Below are positions 52,301-64,000 of a stretch of DNA of 64,000 nt, piece after piece; position 1 is the stretch's first letter; the number at the start of each line of letters is the position of its first letter. The notes under the pieces were generated by a model. It was not told the origin of the DNA, did not search any database, and saw nothing but the letters and a program-made list of their open reading frames with translations. A program made the position numbers and the translations under genes. Source of the stretch: Antedon mediterranea (taxonomy: Eukaryota; Animalia; Echinodermata); assembly GCF_964355755.1 (NCBI RefSeq), contig NC_092676.1, positions 4,503,888 through 4,567,887 of the forward strand, given 5' to 3'.

Positions 52301-55300
52301 TCATTCAAAAATTTTATCCAAAAAAAATTATTTACCTGAAAAAAACTAAATTTAAATAAAAAATAGTCAAATTGGCTCCCAGCCAATGAGTTTTTGGTTG
52401 AATTTAACCATTTATTTTGTCATTTTAGTGAAAGTGATTAACTTGATTAAAACTACAAAATAACCTATTGAAAGTCTGATTTAATTAATCTTAATTTTTC
52501 TTGTTTTTGATGGACAATACATCTTTAATAATATAATAATAATATTTATGTTTTTTTTTCCAGACAACCCCGCTTCATTTAGCTTGCAAGAATGGCCACT
52601 TAGAAATGGTTAAACTGCTGCTTGAATGGAAGGCTAGTGTTTCTTGCAAAGATATTGAAAACAAAAATTGTCTGGATTTGGCAATTGAGAATTCTAGAAA
52701 GTAAGTGCATGATAGTTAGTAAACATGTACCATTGGAGGTTCCAGGAATATTAAATAGGCGTGCAAGGGTTAGGGGCTTGGGCTGGGAGATGATGAGGGT
52801 TGAGGGCCTAAAAATTGTAAAAAATTCAGTGCTGAACTTAACACAATCTCCTATCTTTTGCATTTTATAATTTGTAAAAACCAAAGGGTGGTTAGTCCGG
52901 CTGGGAACCCCCAGATCCACCTATGTGTTTTGTCTATGTGTCCGCTTATATGTCTGCTTATGTGTCCACCGATGTGTCATCCTATATGTTCGCCCATATG
53001 TCCACCTATGTGTCCGCCTATATGTCCACCCATATGTCTGCCTATGTGTCCGCTTATGTGTCCACCTATATGTCCGCCTATGTGTCCACCCATGTGTCCG
53101 CCTATGTGTCTGCCTATTCATTCATTCATTCATTCAATCTTTTATTTCGGAAACTCTGGTCCATAGAAAGTAAATTACATATAAATGAAATAAATAAAAT
53201 AAACAAAATTACTACTACTCATCTCAGGATGGTGTCCGCCTATGTGTCCACCTATGTGTCTACCTATGTGTCCGCCTATGTGTACTAGAAGGTAGTGTTC
53301 GAGATGGTGTTTTTTGGGGTAAAATTTGAAATGGTAGAATGAGAGTTTGTCACTGTCAAGTCCTATTCTACCGAGACTCTTACGGCTAGTAAAGATAAAA
53401 TCTTTTCTTCTCTACTCCTCAGGGATGTGGCTATGGCAATTGTCAACTCCGACAGTTGGCGGGATGCCTTGCGAACTGAGCACAAACACCCTGTTTATAA
53501 TTGGAGGACAACTCCGATGCGGAAGCTGATCAAAAGAATGCCAGAAGTTGCGGAGCTTGTTTTCAGCAAATGTTCAATTTCAAACGATAAACCACCGGAG
53601 CATCCCGACTACAGGATAGACTTTGATTATGAGTTTCTAGATGATATGTTTTTCCATTGGGATAAGGATGTTCCCGGTAAGTACAAAATACAAAAGGATA
53701 ATAAAAAGAAGAAAAAAACTTAAATAAAGGATTATAAAAGTTATTGGATCCAATGTAAAATTTTACCTGATTTAATGTAAGCTAATATATTTGTGATGAT
53801 GACTGCGCTCTGATTAAATTGCTGATTTTTCCGCATCCCAAAAAGTAGATGGTAATAAAAAACATATTTTGATTCTTATGTTAAACCGGCTTAACAGCAA
53901 AGATAATAATATTGATGAGGGCGCGCGATCCTGAGGACGATCAAAGCATATTGATCAAAACGTCGAGAAACTCAACAGTTCTTTTCAGAACTTATACTGC
54001 AAACTTGATATCAACAATATTGATTAATAACACTTTCTATTTCATGTTCCCTTTTTTTAATACCAATTGGTACCTTTACAATGGTTGAACCATTTCATAA
54101 AAAAAGATTACAACTTTCCATACTATCTTGTAAGAATATGCCTTTTATGCCGTGAAATTATAATATAAATATATATTTATATATATTTTTGTAACATTTT
54201 TGTTCTTATTTGTTCAATTTGCTATCTTATTCTCAGGACATATAAGTATGACTGCCTGTAATGTTATTATGAATGTTTTAGTAGTAAATTAAAGTATAAA
54301 TGCTTTTGTAAATTTATATATTTTCATGAAATGTGTATACGGTAGGCCTATATCCTTGTATAAAACTGACTAATTCAAAAGGTACTTCTAGTAGACATTA
54401 AAAAAAATGCCCTTTGAATATATGTACAGGTATATCATTAGTGATTGAATGTTAATTTGTAACTTGTAATATTACACTATGCTATACTAATATTAGTTTA
54501 TCATTTATTTTAATGAATGTGTTTGCATGGGGTCCATTCCAGCTCTATAGTCCAGTAATTGTCAAAATATCATTGTTAAATAATGCATGTAAAACAATGT
54601 TGTTTTGTATGAATGTTTTTATAGTAGATCTATTGTACGTATTCTATTGTGGAATAGGTGGATCCAGGATTTTGAAATAGGCGGGGCCTAAAATGGCAAA
54701 TTAGTGCCGGCTGGGCTCCCCTTGAATCTGCCTATTACCTCTTTGACACCGCCAAGCTTATAACAAACCCGTGTTGTGTCCGGATAAATTTCCATTTCAC
54801 ACCTGATTCATTAACCCGGAAATAACACGGGTTGCGTGTATTTACACTGCAAAATACCAACCCGTTTAAATGTTCTAGATCATTCGAAATATCGCCCCTT
54901 TCACGTACAAAGAGAGACCCTAGAAACGGTCTGCTCATACCTCCTACAATTTTGTTTTATGGCAATTCACACACAAATTGAGTCTACTCGTGAAGAGTAA
55001 TATCTTGAAATAAAAATGAATAATAAATAACCATAAGTTTTATTTATTAAATAAGCGAAGAAACGAAATCAATCTTATCTTAATTCTATGTAAATTAAAT
55101 ACTCTAGTGAGCGAGGATAGTAAACAAACGGGTAAAGATACGCTAAGCGTTTTACACCGCAAACACGGGTTCATCCCGGGTGCGTCCCGGGTTGACTTGA
55201 CGCATCACTTACCCGGGTGGTTCAGCGACCCGGGTAACTTTTTACGTCGTTTACACCGGCCTACATTTCCGCATTTTTGCCTTCCGGGTACGACTCGGGT

Positions 55301-58300
55301 TATATAATTCCGGATCAACTCCGCATTTTTACTGACGGTGTAAAAGGGTGTAAAAATGATTCAGTCAAACTCTCCCACCCTTAACAGACTCAATGGAAGT
55401 TTGTTATTTTTTCCAATGATTCCAAATTTGTTGCTGACATTTTCGTCCAGTACAAGGGTGTCCAGTTTGAGCTAGTCCAAGTGTGTCCAGCTTGAGCTAG
55501 CCCAAGTGTGTCCAGCTTGAGCTATCCCAAGTGTGTCCAGTTTTGGATGAGTCCACTGTATTGTTTTGTCTTTCCGAGTATGTACAATTTGGTGGTCAGT
55601 TAATAATGGATTATTTATTTATTACAATTTCATAGACACTGTATCATCTGATGGTGGCTCACAGGACGATGATGAACCATATAAGGAAAATGGACGTTTA
55701 CGTTGGAGCGCTGTCCCTTACACGTATGATGCAGAAATTCTAAGAAAGAACCATCCGCTTTTCTTGATGGTGAGTGAATTTGATACTTGTTTGCCCTCCT
55801 AACCCTCCCCAGGTGCAGATTTAGTGGGGATAAACAAGCTTTAGCCCCCCCCCCCCCTCCACTAAAATGTTTACAGCCATAATAATATAATAAATATAAA
55901 AATAATGACTATTTTTATTTTCCTGCAACGGATCCTTTTAATCATTTATGAAATATTTACTCATCCCCACCCCTAATCTATAAAGCTTGATCCGCCCCTG
56001 CTCCTCTAAAAGCATTCAAAGGTGCTGGTTTTTTTTGTTATTGTATAAACAGCTGCAAAACGTGTACGTTTACTTACTGCTATTAAAGCAGACATTTTTT
56101 TATATTATTACTTATAACATGCACATTTGGAAACCACCCCCCATTTTTTTTTTGTAAAACATCCCTCTAACAAAAATCAGAATCTTACTCAGATTTAAAC
56201 TTCACACAAAGTAAACATTGTAGTCGTAGCACAAATTAAACAGTTTAAATCATGTTTTTTTTTAAAGGTTGCATCAAAGAGAACCAAACTTCTTGGACAT
56301 CCACTCGTCTTGACGTTGCTAACGCACAAATGGGATTGCTACGGTCGCTACTTCTACTATTTGTCTCTTTTGATATACATTTTTTTTCTCTTTTTTTTAA
56401 CCGGTTATATTCTGACGACCCCACCACCATTTTACCATGAGAGCCCATCTTCTGCAAACTGCACGGATGGATCGTTTGATTGGTTTGGCAACGGGAAAGT
56501 GAGATGGGTGGACGACGCCAAAGAGTGGCAATCTGTGTTGTTTGGAGATATCGGCGATTGGATGATTTTGGGCCTTGCTGGAATTCATCTGTTTAAAGAG
56601 GTAAATATTTAAATTAACTTTTTATTTAGTGTCAATAAATGATTAAAATAAAGAAGATTAAATGAATTGAAAGAGTTGGCCAAATGGGACCTTTCTTAAG
56701 GGCGTGTGGTGCAGTGTGTTCGTTTACTGATCGTGAGATCAAGGTTCGAATCCAACTCTCGTCACATTGCTTGTATCCTTAGGCAAGATACTTTACTTAC
56801 CTTTGCCTCTCTCCACCCAGGTGTATAAATGGGAACCCGGTTAGATCAAGTCACAACTTTGCACTTATTACTAGCTGCATTATGGGAGTATGTTTCCATA
56901 GGCGTTTCATCCAAAAAATGACTGGGGTAATAATGTTCAGTGCTTAGAGGCTTCACAACATTAGGCGTTATATAAATCCAGGATATTATTATTATTAAGT
57001 CCTAATCTTCAAGTTAAATTCAAGGTAAATTGTATTCTTAATACAATAGAGCCCCCTCCTTTGCCATCATTCAGAGGACACTTCATTTCATGTGAACCTA
57101 ATGATAGGAAATTTGTTTTAACACTACAATTGTACTAATAACCCATTTACACTAAGGCCATAACGATCGACGATAAATAGATAAATATTCATTTTTGATA
57201 CCTGAAACAAAAGAAATTTAAAAAGTTTTCATTCTAGAACTATAGGATATCTATGCTGCCTTTGATGAAATTATATTTTCACACGTCAAATCAAATGACG
57301 TCATGATTGGTAAGAGCAATAATATCATGACAATACAATGATGTTTATGTTTTTATTGATCATGACGTCATTTTCTTGTTTTTTTTTTTAAATCATTTTT
57401 ATTAAAGACACCATAAATGATTATCCTATAGTTCTAGAACAAAAACTATTCTAATTTCTGTTGTTTTATGCAAGAAAAATGTATGTTTATCTATTTATCG
57501 TCGATCGTTACCGCTCTAGTGTAAATGGGCCTGAGGAGACACTTTGTTAGGCTCTATCTGACCATGGACCTGATACGTCTATGACACTTCAAATTAATTT
57601 TGCCTTTTGAAATTGTAATAGTTCTGCTCAGTGATATTTTCAATGTCTCTCTTTTAGTTGATACAACTTTGGAACCAGAAATTTCGATACCTTACCTTCA
57701 ACAATTTTCTGGAGTGGACAGTATACATATTGGCTGTGTTACTAGTCCTGCCTCTCAGAAACTGTTCGTATGAAAATAGTGTTAATGTCAAATATGTAAG
57801 TATAGCAATAATAATATATATAAATACCTTTTTGACGTTTATAATTCCGCCAATCAAAACAAGATAGCTCTAATTTATAGCTTAAAAAAGTTTAGTAGTA
57901 TGTGCCTGGATATGAAATTTGAGTGGGACTATATATTCGAATACATTAATGGAATTTAACAAAGAAATTTAACCTATAATAGTTGGTGGGACTATACTTG
58001 AGCATGCGATTATAGTCATATCATATAGGATACTCTAATAATAGTGGGTGGGACTATTCTTGAGCATGGGATTATACTCATATTATACAGTATACTCTAA
58101 TAATAGTGGGTGGGACTATACTTGAGCATGGCATTATACTCATACAGTATACTCTAATAATAGTGGGTGGGACTATACTTGAGCATGGCATTATACTCAT
58201 ACAGTATACTCTAATAATAGTGGGTGGGACTATATACTTGAGCATAGGATTATACTCATATTATACAGTATACTCTAATAATAGTGGGTGGGACTATACT

Positions 58301-61300
58301 TGAGCATGGCATTATACTCATATTATACAGTATACTCTAATAATAGTGGGTGGGACTATACTTGAGCATGGCATTATACTCATACAGTATACTCTATTTT
58401 TTTTCTTCAAAACATGATGCTAGTATTATGAATTTTTCCCCCAAAAAATAATAAAAATAATTTCTTTTGGCTTTCTATTTATAGATTTGTATACAATTTA
58501 TTTTATGTGTTTAATTTCAGGATTGGCAATGGCAGTGTGGGGCAATATCTATCCTGTTAGCCTGGATAAACCTGATTCTGTTTATTCAAAAACTCCCCAG
58601 GCTTGGCATCTATGTTTTGATGTTCACAGGTATGTCCTGTAGCCAGGGAGGGACGTAGGGTGTGGTGTGCGGGGGAATGATCGCCCAACCTCTCAGGAAT
58701 GATCGCACAACCTCTCAGGACTAATGTTCACAAATACAGTAACTATATGACAAATGATGAAAGCTTATTTGGTCTTTTGTAAAAAAAAAATAATCTGTAA
58801 TGTCTTTATTTTAATTGGACACTGATGAACAGTATATACATCCAATAGACTGGAAATATTCCCAAAACCACTATCTTCTCTGCCATATAAAATTTCATAT
58901 TGAAAATAGACATTTTAAGAAAAGATAAAGTGTGTCTAGTTTTGGTATTAAAAATTTATCTTTGAGTTGAGAATTGTTATTTGTGATATTGTGGTTACAT
59001 TTATATTACAATAAATATACTATTTGAATATTATTTTTTTTTCAGATGTACTGAAGACTTTCATGCAGTTCTCTGTTGTGTTTGGTCTGTTTATTGTTGC
59101 GTTCACACTTGGCTTTTATGCTCTACTAATGAATCAAGTAAGAATAGTGTCCCGAATTCATGATCATATATCAATATTTATGATGTCATCAAAATGAATC
59201 CTTTATATATTAATAGAAAGATAAATGTTGAAAAATTGAATACTGTATATGAAAATACCCGATGTTGGACAATTACAAGCAAATACTGCAGTAACAAGGG
59301 GTTGGTGAGGTTTCAACCTGAACACTTTTTCACAGAGGCCTTTGACAACCCAGTTGTTTGAACAGATATTGTTCCCTTTTCTTGCAACACTTCTTGTGGC
59401 TACATGACTGACAAGGAAAATACCCATTGTTTTATTGACAATATCCCCCTGCAATGCCCCCTCCCCCCTAATTTCCAAATTCCTGATGTGCCCCTGTGAC
59501 TAATTTGCCATATTCCTCAAATGTTCTAATCAAATTCTTGAGAATTCTTTACAACATTATGACCAGCTGGTTAAAAAATTGTCTCCACATTTTCAAATGT
59601 GAGGCAACCCCTAAAGCTCTGTCTACACTATCAAACTAGTTTGACAAAAAAATGTGTGATGTGCCCAAATATGGTAGTGCTATAGCCCAAATATGGTAGT
59701 AATATGACATCATCGTGTCCATATATGGGCACATCACATTTTTGTTGTCACATAAAGGAAAGTTTGATAGTGTAAACTAGTTCTTCCAATGTGCAAAATC
59801 AAATCCTTTATTATAACTTCCCAACTTAAACAGTTTTTTTAAACAGCATCCTGTAGTTCTTCCAATGTGCTCCACAAATTCTTATTCAGAGCTTCTAAAA
59901 TAGTTATTAATGCTTATTTCTTATTCACCAGGAACCATTTAACACGTTTTGGTATTCATTGGTGAAGACGTTCGTGATGATGATTGGTGAATTTGAGTTT
60001 GACACCACGTTTCACAGTCAAAATTACCTTAATACCAACGATGGTGTCCAGTCACAAGATGAGTTTTTCCTTACTACTGTGTACTACAAACAGACAACAT
60101 ACGTCGTCTTCACAATATTTGCAGTCATCATGTCAATTATCCTTATGAATTTGCTCGTAAGTCACAATAAATTTTAAAAAAATTTAAAACAAGTCATATG
60201 GTGTACTGTTAATGATGGGAAGAGTTTTAGGGTGGTGTGTTTTTTCATTTAATCGTAGCTGCTCTGTGTATTGCTAAATGTTTTGTCACATAGAAAATGA
60301 TATGGTCTGAAAGTCTCATTTTTAATGATCAGAAAGAATTTTGAATTGTTAGAAAGTTGGGTTTCTGGAAATTGTATTTCTTTCATTAAAGGTGTACTGT
60401 CCTCCTAAAAGTTTTTAACGTTAATCACTTCTGTAGAAAAAAAACCCGGAAAAAGTAATGTTTTCACTTATAAAATGTCAAAATAAATGGTTAAATTCTA
60501 CCAAAAACATATTGGCTGGCAGGCAATTTGACTATTTTTTGCTTTAAATTACAGTTTTTCAGGTTAGTTATTATTTTTTTAAATCCAATTTTTGGTCAAA
60601 TTGAATACCTATTATGTGACATTAAGATGGCATATTCAACAACAAAATTTTTTTCAGGGGGACAATATATCTTTAAAAAAAAATGATAAACAAGATTTCT
60701 AGAATTTAGAAGGTAATGCAATTTAAATTTCACTTTAGGTTGGTCTTGCTGTTGATGATATTAAAGAAGTTCAAAACCAAGCTAAACTTCAGAGGCTGGC
60801 TAAACAGGTGAGACTGAGTATACTCCCATGTGCGAATAAATCACACCCTCTAATTTAGGCTAAATTTGGATTAATGCTATCCACGTATAATGTTACCCCT
60901 GATTAGAAAATTTCCTATCTGGGTAACCTGGTGACTACAGTATTCATATAAAGTAGGCCTATATGTTTTAAGATGAAATAATTTATATATGATTGAGATG
61001 GGAAAACCACAGTTTTCAGTAACTACTGAATGGCATGTGATATGAAATTGACCAATGAAATAGCAAGGATACACTCAGATGCGTTATAAAAGTAAAGTCA
61101 ACCATCACCAAGTGTTCCATACATGTATTTGACTCAAACCATGATTTCACTTGCATATTAATTGCTTAACTTGCATGTAATTTGTTTTTATTTCCAAAGG
61201 TTGATCTCGCTTTGGAGATTGAGGAAGCGCTACCGCTGGTCTTCTGGCGTAGGTTCTGTGTAAAGACTCGTAACCTTCGTCCAAATCAGCACGGCAGAAC

Positions 61301-61878
61301 AATGATTAGTCGTCTGTTTTATGGTCTTCTTTCTTCCGAGACTTCCATGTTGCAGGAAGCAATTAGCTCAACTCTTGCATCAGAAAAGGTTAGTTTACTA
61401 AAGGTTAAAGGTTAGATTGCTAAAGGTTAAAGGCGAGTATACTGAAGGTTAACTAGAATAGTATACCAAAAATCAAATTGGTTTCCTAAAGATTGAAGAT
61501 TAGTATAAAGGTCAAATGTTGGTTTCCTAAAGGTTCAAGATTAGTATACCAAAGGTCAAAGGTTAGTTTACTAAAGGTTAAAGGGTAGTTTAATAAACAG
61601 CACTTTGATTTGAACTATACAATATACCAATACAGTTTTTATATTTATTGCTGTTTATTTTTTTTAAAGTGTGCCCTCTATTTCTTTTCTAGACTATAAT
61701 TGAAGAGGTTCGTGACTCGCAAGAAGGATTCAATGAGACGGTTGGTAATATGAAATACCGCATGAAACTGTTGAAATCGCAGAATGATCGTATTGAGGGT
61801 ATGCTGACGGCGCTACTCAAAAAGGACGGAGTAGTATGGGACGAAGGAAACGACAATACAGATGAAGTCGGAGAATAA
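34324..61878 (+). CDS. TRPA1: Transient receptor potential channel subfamily A (TRPA1 homologue), 23 exons, about 1263 aa
   Basis: Exons 34324-34656, 36380-36548, 38404-38510, 43772-43948, 44183-44392, 45172-45265, 45360-45555, 46416-46599, 47368-47475, 47655-47743, 51596-51742, 52064-52175, 52564-52700, 53423-53676, 55636-55769, 56268-56600, 57658-57795, 58521-58629, 59046-59137, 59932-60156, 60739-60807, 61200-61388, 61693-61878. All are GT-AG and in phase. Long ankyrin array (TPLH), TPMRKLIKRMPEVA, LLGHPLV...KW, six TM segments, pore MMIGEFEF, LMNLLVGLAVDDI and a C-terminal coiled coil. Start codon is uncertain. Confidence 0.95.
38165..38385. repeat. About 111-bp tandem duplication next to the TRPA exon 3 acceptor
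   Basis: tactgcaaaataaagacaattcattg...aaatcatcactttt occurs twice. Confidence 0.85.
38915..39523. repeat. 68-bp minisatellite, about 9 copies
   Basis: Head-to-tail unit gaaaaaatgacaatgctgtgggaatcagtggctggatctcaatggagatacaaaataaaataagcact, with no spacers. Confidence 0.95.
42009..42469. mobile_element. Tc1/mariner-pogo-like MITE
   Basis: TIR ctgtaaatcttctaattgtaaccc / gggttactattaaaagatttacag, TA at the left flank, and subterminal gggttactattag repeats. Confidence 0.7.
47790..47984. repeat. 22-bp minisatellite (resumes at 51217-51250)
   Basis: Unit gtacaagcccagggccttgaaac, split by the Academ-like insertion. Confidence 0.9.
47985..51216. mobile_element. Non-autonomous Academ-like DNA transposon with about 520-bp TIRs
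   Basis: Termini TAGTAGAGCAGTTAA...TTAACTGCTCTACTA with a 3-bp TSD CAG (47982-47984 and 51217-51219). 47985-48506 is the reverse complement of about 50693-51216. TAG termini, long TIRs and a 3-bp TSD are known Academ features. Confidence 0.85.
48947..50283. repeat. 30-bp tandem array (about 45 copies) inside the Academ-like element
   Basis: Unit agaccatccacagacaaagaagggggtgta. Confidence 0.97.
51325..51548 (+). mobile_element. Degenerate tRNA-derived SINE
   Basis: A box tagccgagtggtt, B box gggttcaattccc, core-like ctgtaaatgagta, and tail ggactttact. Confidence 0.6.
52277..52524. mobile_element. Kolobok-like MITE (TTAA TSD)
   Basis: ttaa|aggaatattgtcc...ggacaatacatct|ttaa. Same family at 60390-60672 (opposite orientation) and about 32282-32690. 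Confidence 0.65.
52917..53285. repeat. 12-bp tandem repeat
   Basis: (tatgtgtccgcc/tatgtgtccacc)n in two blocks separated by about 115 bp of unrelated sequence that begins (ttca)n. Confidence 0.9.
54736..55350. mobile_element. Harbinger-like MITE, uninterrupted copy
   Basis: TIR cctctttgacaccg / cggtgtaaaaggg with TWA flanks. Homologous to the element hosting the gypsy insertion. Confidence 0.8.
56700..56996 (+). mobile_element. CORE-SINE (tRNA head, CORE domain, (tta)n tail)
   Basis: B box ggttcgaatcc and CORE-like tgtatccttaggcaagatacttt...gcctctctccacccaggtgtataaatggg. An antisense copy of the tail lies at about 36128-36185. Confidence 0.75.
57141..57531. mobile_element. Fully palindromic MITE (about 390 bp)
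   Basis: cccatttacacta...aacgatcgacgataaatagataaa...ttctagaactataggat is mirrored at the right end, and each arm has tgacgtca. Confidence 0.8.
57975..58396. repeat. About 57-62-bp minisatellite, about 7 copies
   Basis: Unit tatactctaataatagtgggtgggactatacttgagcatggcattatactca(tatta)tacag. Confidence 0.92.
60390..60672. mobile_element. Kolobok-like MITE (TTAA TSD)
   Basis: ttaa|aggtgtactgtcctcc...ggggacaatatatct|ttaa. Confidence 0.65.
61385..61592. repeat. About 22-bp degenerate tandem repeat starting at the TRPA exon 22 donor
   Basis: The unit aaaggttagtttactaaaggtt includes the AAG|gttagt junction. Confidence 0.75.
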
Positions 61879-64000
61879 ATTTTACATTTGTGTTTAAAAT
61901 TGAAAAGTTGTTAACTTTTTTCTATATTTTGTTGTAAATTTTACAACCAGAAATGTATTTATAATTATTTATATACAGTTGGTGTAGTGTAGATGTTTGA
62001 TTTTAATAGATGTTTGATTTAATAGATTTTGTATTAATAAACTAGGTAGAAAGAACAAAACAAAACGCAGACAAATTGAAAAAATTTTGCCCTAAGCGAA
62101 ATCAAAACGAACAACTATATTTTAATGGAACTGTTTGTCTGAAATACGCTGTTATGCAAATGAGTAGTATGTTGACGTCGCCCGCCAGTTTCACATAGCC
62201 AAAATGTGAACACTCAGTTCTTGAGCTAAGTTTATTATTGGGATGACCTTGAAAAATCGGTACAGTAGAACACCTACCATTTAAAGTTTTACAATGTCAA
62301 AGTAAATACTTTAAGAAATCTGGAAAGCGGCTTCATTTTTAATTTTAAAAAATTAAATTTGGGAAGTGCAAATTCTTGGCTTTAATTTTGAATTATGATT
62401 TTTTTTTTCCCTTGATCAAATTAAAAGTTTATATAGCATATTTATTATTTATGTAATATTGATATTAAAAGGTCACCAATTCTATGGTAAAATGTAGATT
62501 TAATCACTTCAATATCAAATTTGAATAATTATAGTATGCTAAATATATGTACTATAAATATGGTACTGTTGTATAAATATTCATTATATATATAAAACAT
62601 TTTTGTATTAATATGAAATTCATAATTGTTTTGGAATCCTTGGATATAGCACAAATACTAAGTAAGTTCTTTGCAACTCTAATTTCTGGACCATAATTTT
62701 TAAAAATTCCATCAAATTATTTTTTTTTAGTTACCATTATCATGTAGTGTAAGAGTACTACAGATTCTTCTTCCAATTAGAGACCATCCCTTAAACCATG
62801 TTTTTTATCTTAAGGTACAGTATGTCTACAAAAAAATATGTGACCATATATGGTCATATCACTACCATATTTGAGCATATCACTACCATATTTGGGCACA
62901 TCACTACCATATGTAGGCAGCTCATACTTTTTTTGTCAGATAGTGTGTTGACAGAGCTTTAAGCAAATAATTTTCTAATTTAGGACCAACTGTTAATAAT
63001 CTTTAAATCTAAGCAGCAGATAAGACAATTTTTTTAATGAATCTCCCGAAAAGTTTATAAAATACAAATTGCAATCTAATTTATTTGGGTATAATAACAT
63101 GTTTAATAATTTATTTAATAATAATCAAGTACTCGATCAAATGATTATCACATTTTATTTAGAACATTTATTTTTATAACCTGATCGTACTATAGTTGAA
63201 AAATGTATAGAAAAATAGGTAGACTTTCAGTATTATTTTATCACAGCCATAGTGCACGGTCTTAAAATAATGTTATGCCTCTAAAGGCTTTTAAAAAAGT
63301 AGATTAAAATAAAAAGTTCACTTGTTTTTGGTAAATTATGTTACACACACCGGGGAGACATTTTTTTTCTTCTCGGAAATTCTCAGTGGATAAATTCAGG
63401 CAATTTTAAAACAATGTAATATATATATCTTTTTGTACATAATAAAAGTGATATTCCTTTTTATTGAATTACAGTTTTTTATCAGTTTCAAATCAGTTAA
63501 AAATTGATTAAATCATTAACATTAAAAACTAGAAAGCCACTCCGAGAGTGCATACCTCCTCCAACATAAGATTTCTCCAGACACACAATTTAAATAATCA
63601 AAAAATTACACAGCAATAAAGTGAGGGTACCAGCAGATTTTTACAATAACCTAGAAAATTGTAATCAACTCTGATCTTAATAAACATGACATTTTTTTCT
63701 TAAAAAATATATATTTTTTATGATTGTAAGTAGCATTTTTATGGTTGTAGTAGTTTGGTATTTTTTTTCTCATTAATTCATAAAAGTTTATGGACATTTT
63801 TAGTTGTGTGCAACGTGACTCTACAGCTCACTATGTTGGTCAGTCCGTCGGTCAGTTGGTCGGTAAACATTAACTAATCGTACTATAGTTGAAAAATGTA
63901 TAGAAAAATGTGTAGTCTTTCAGTATTATTTTATAATAATGTTATGCCCCTAAAGGCTTTTAAAACAATGAAGTAGATTGAAAAGATCACTTGTTTTTGG

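Noticed and set aside
52858-53288. Cys/Pro-rich (CPPM) and SAYV ORFs
   Set aside because: Translations of a 12-bp intronic tandem repeat.
58106-58303. Hydrophobic repeat ORF resembling TM segments
   Set aside because: Minisatellite translation; TRPA exons 17 and 18 join in frame without it.

Overview
AT-rich, intron-rich metazoan genomic DNA. It is probably a marine invertebrate deuterostome such as an echinoderm, inferred only from repeat types and gene content. Splice sites and frames were read by hand for four host genes. (1) The 5' part of a CEP295/KIAA1731 homologue on the minus strand, running off the left edge. (2) A complete 10-exon UPF3 gene on the plus strand (about 618 aa), head-to-head with CEP295. 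(3) A compact PTB/PID-domain gene. (4) A complete 23-exon TRPA-family ankyrin-repeat channel (about 1263 aa from the first ATG). Between CEP295 and UPF3 lie a decayed Ty3/gypsy LTR retrotransposon, a probable solo LTR and a tandem-DED-like pseudogene. The retrotransposon is nested in a MITE, carries a SINE in gag and has a tandemly duplicated integrase segment. Introns hold many MITEs, SINEs (tRNA-, 5S-, Deu- and CORE-type), an Academ-like element with about 520-bp TIRs around a 30-bp array, and minisatellites. There is no CRISPR array or prokaryotic system. I found no wholly new multi-gene system. The best leads are a possible CUG-initiated extension and two frame-preserving microexons in TRPA, TAGGCCTA/CTAG tracts bracketing promoters, a tRNA-derived inverted-repeat element forming the end of the PTB ORF, and a dispersed copy of the CEP295 start exon.
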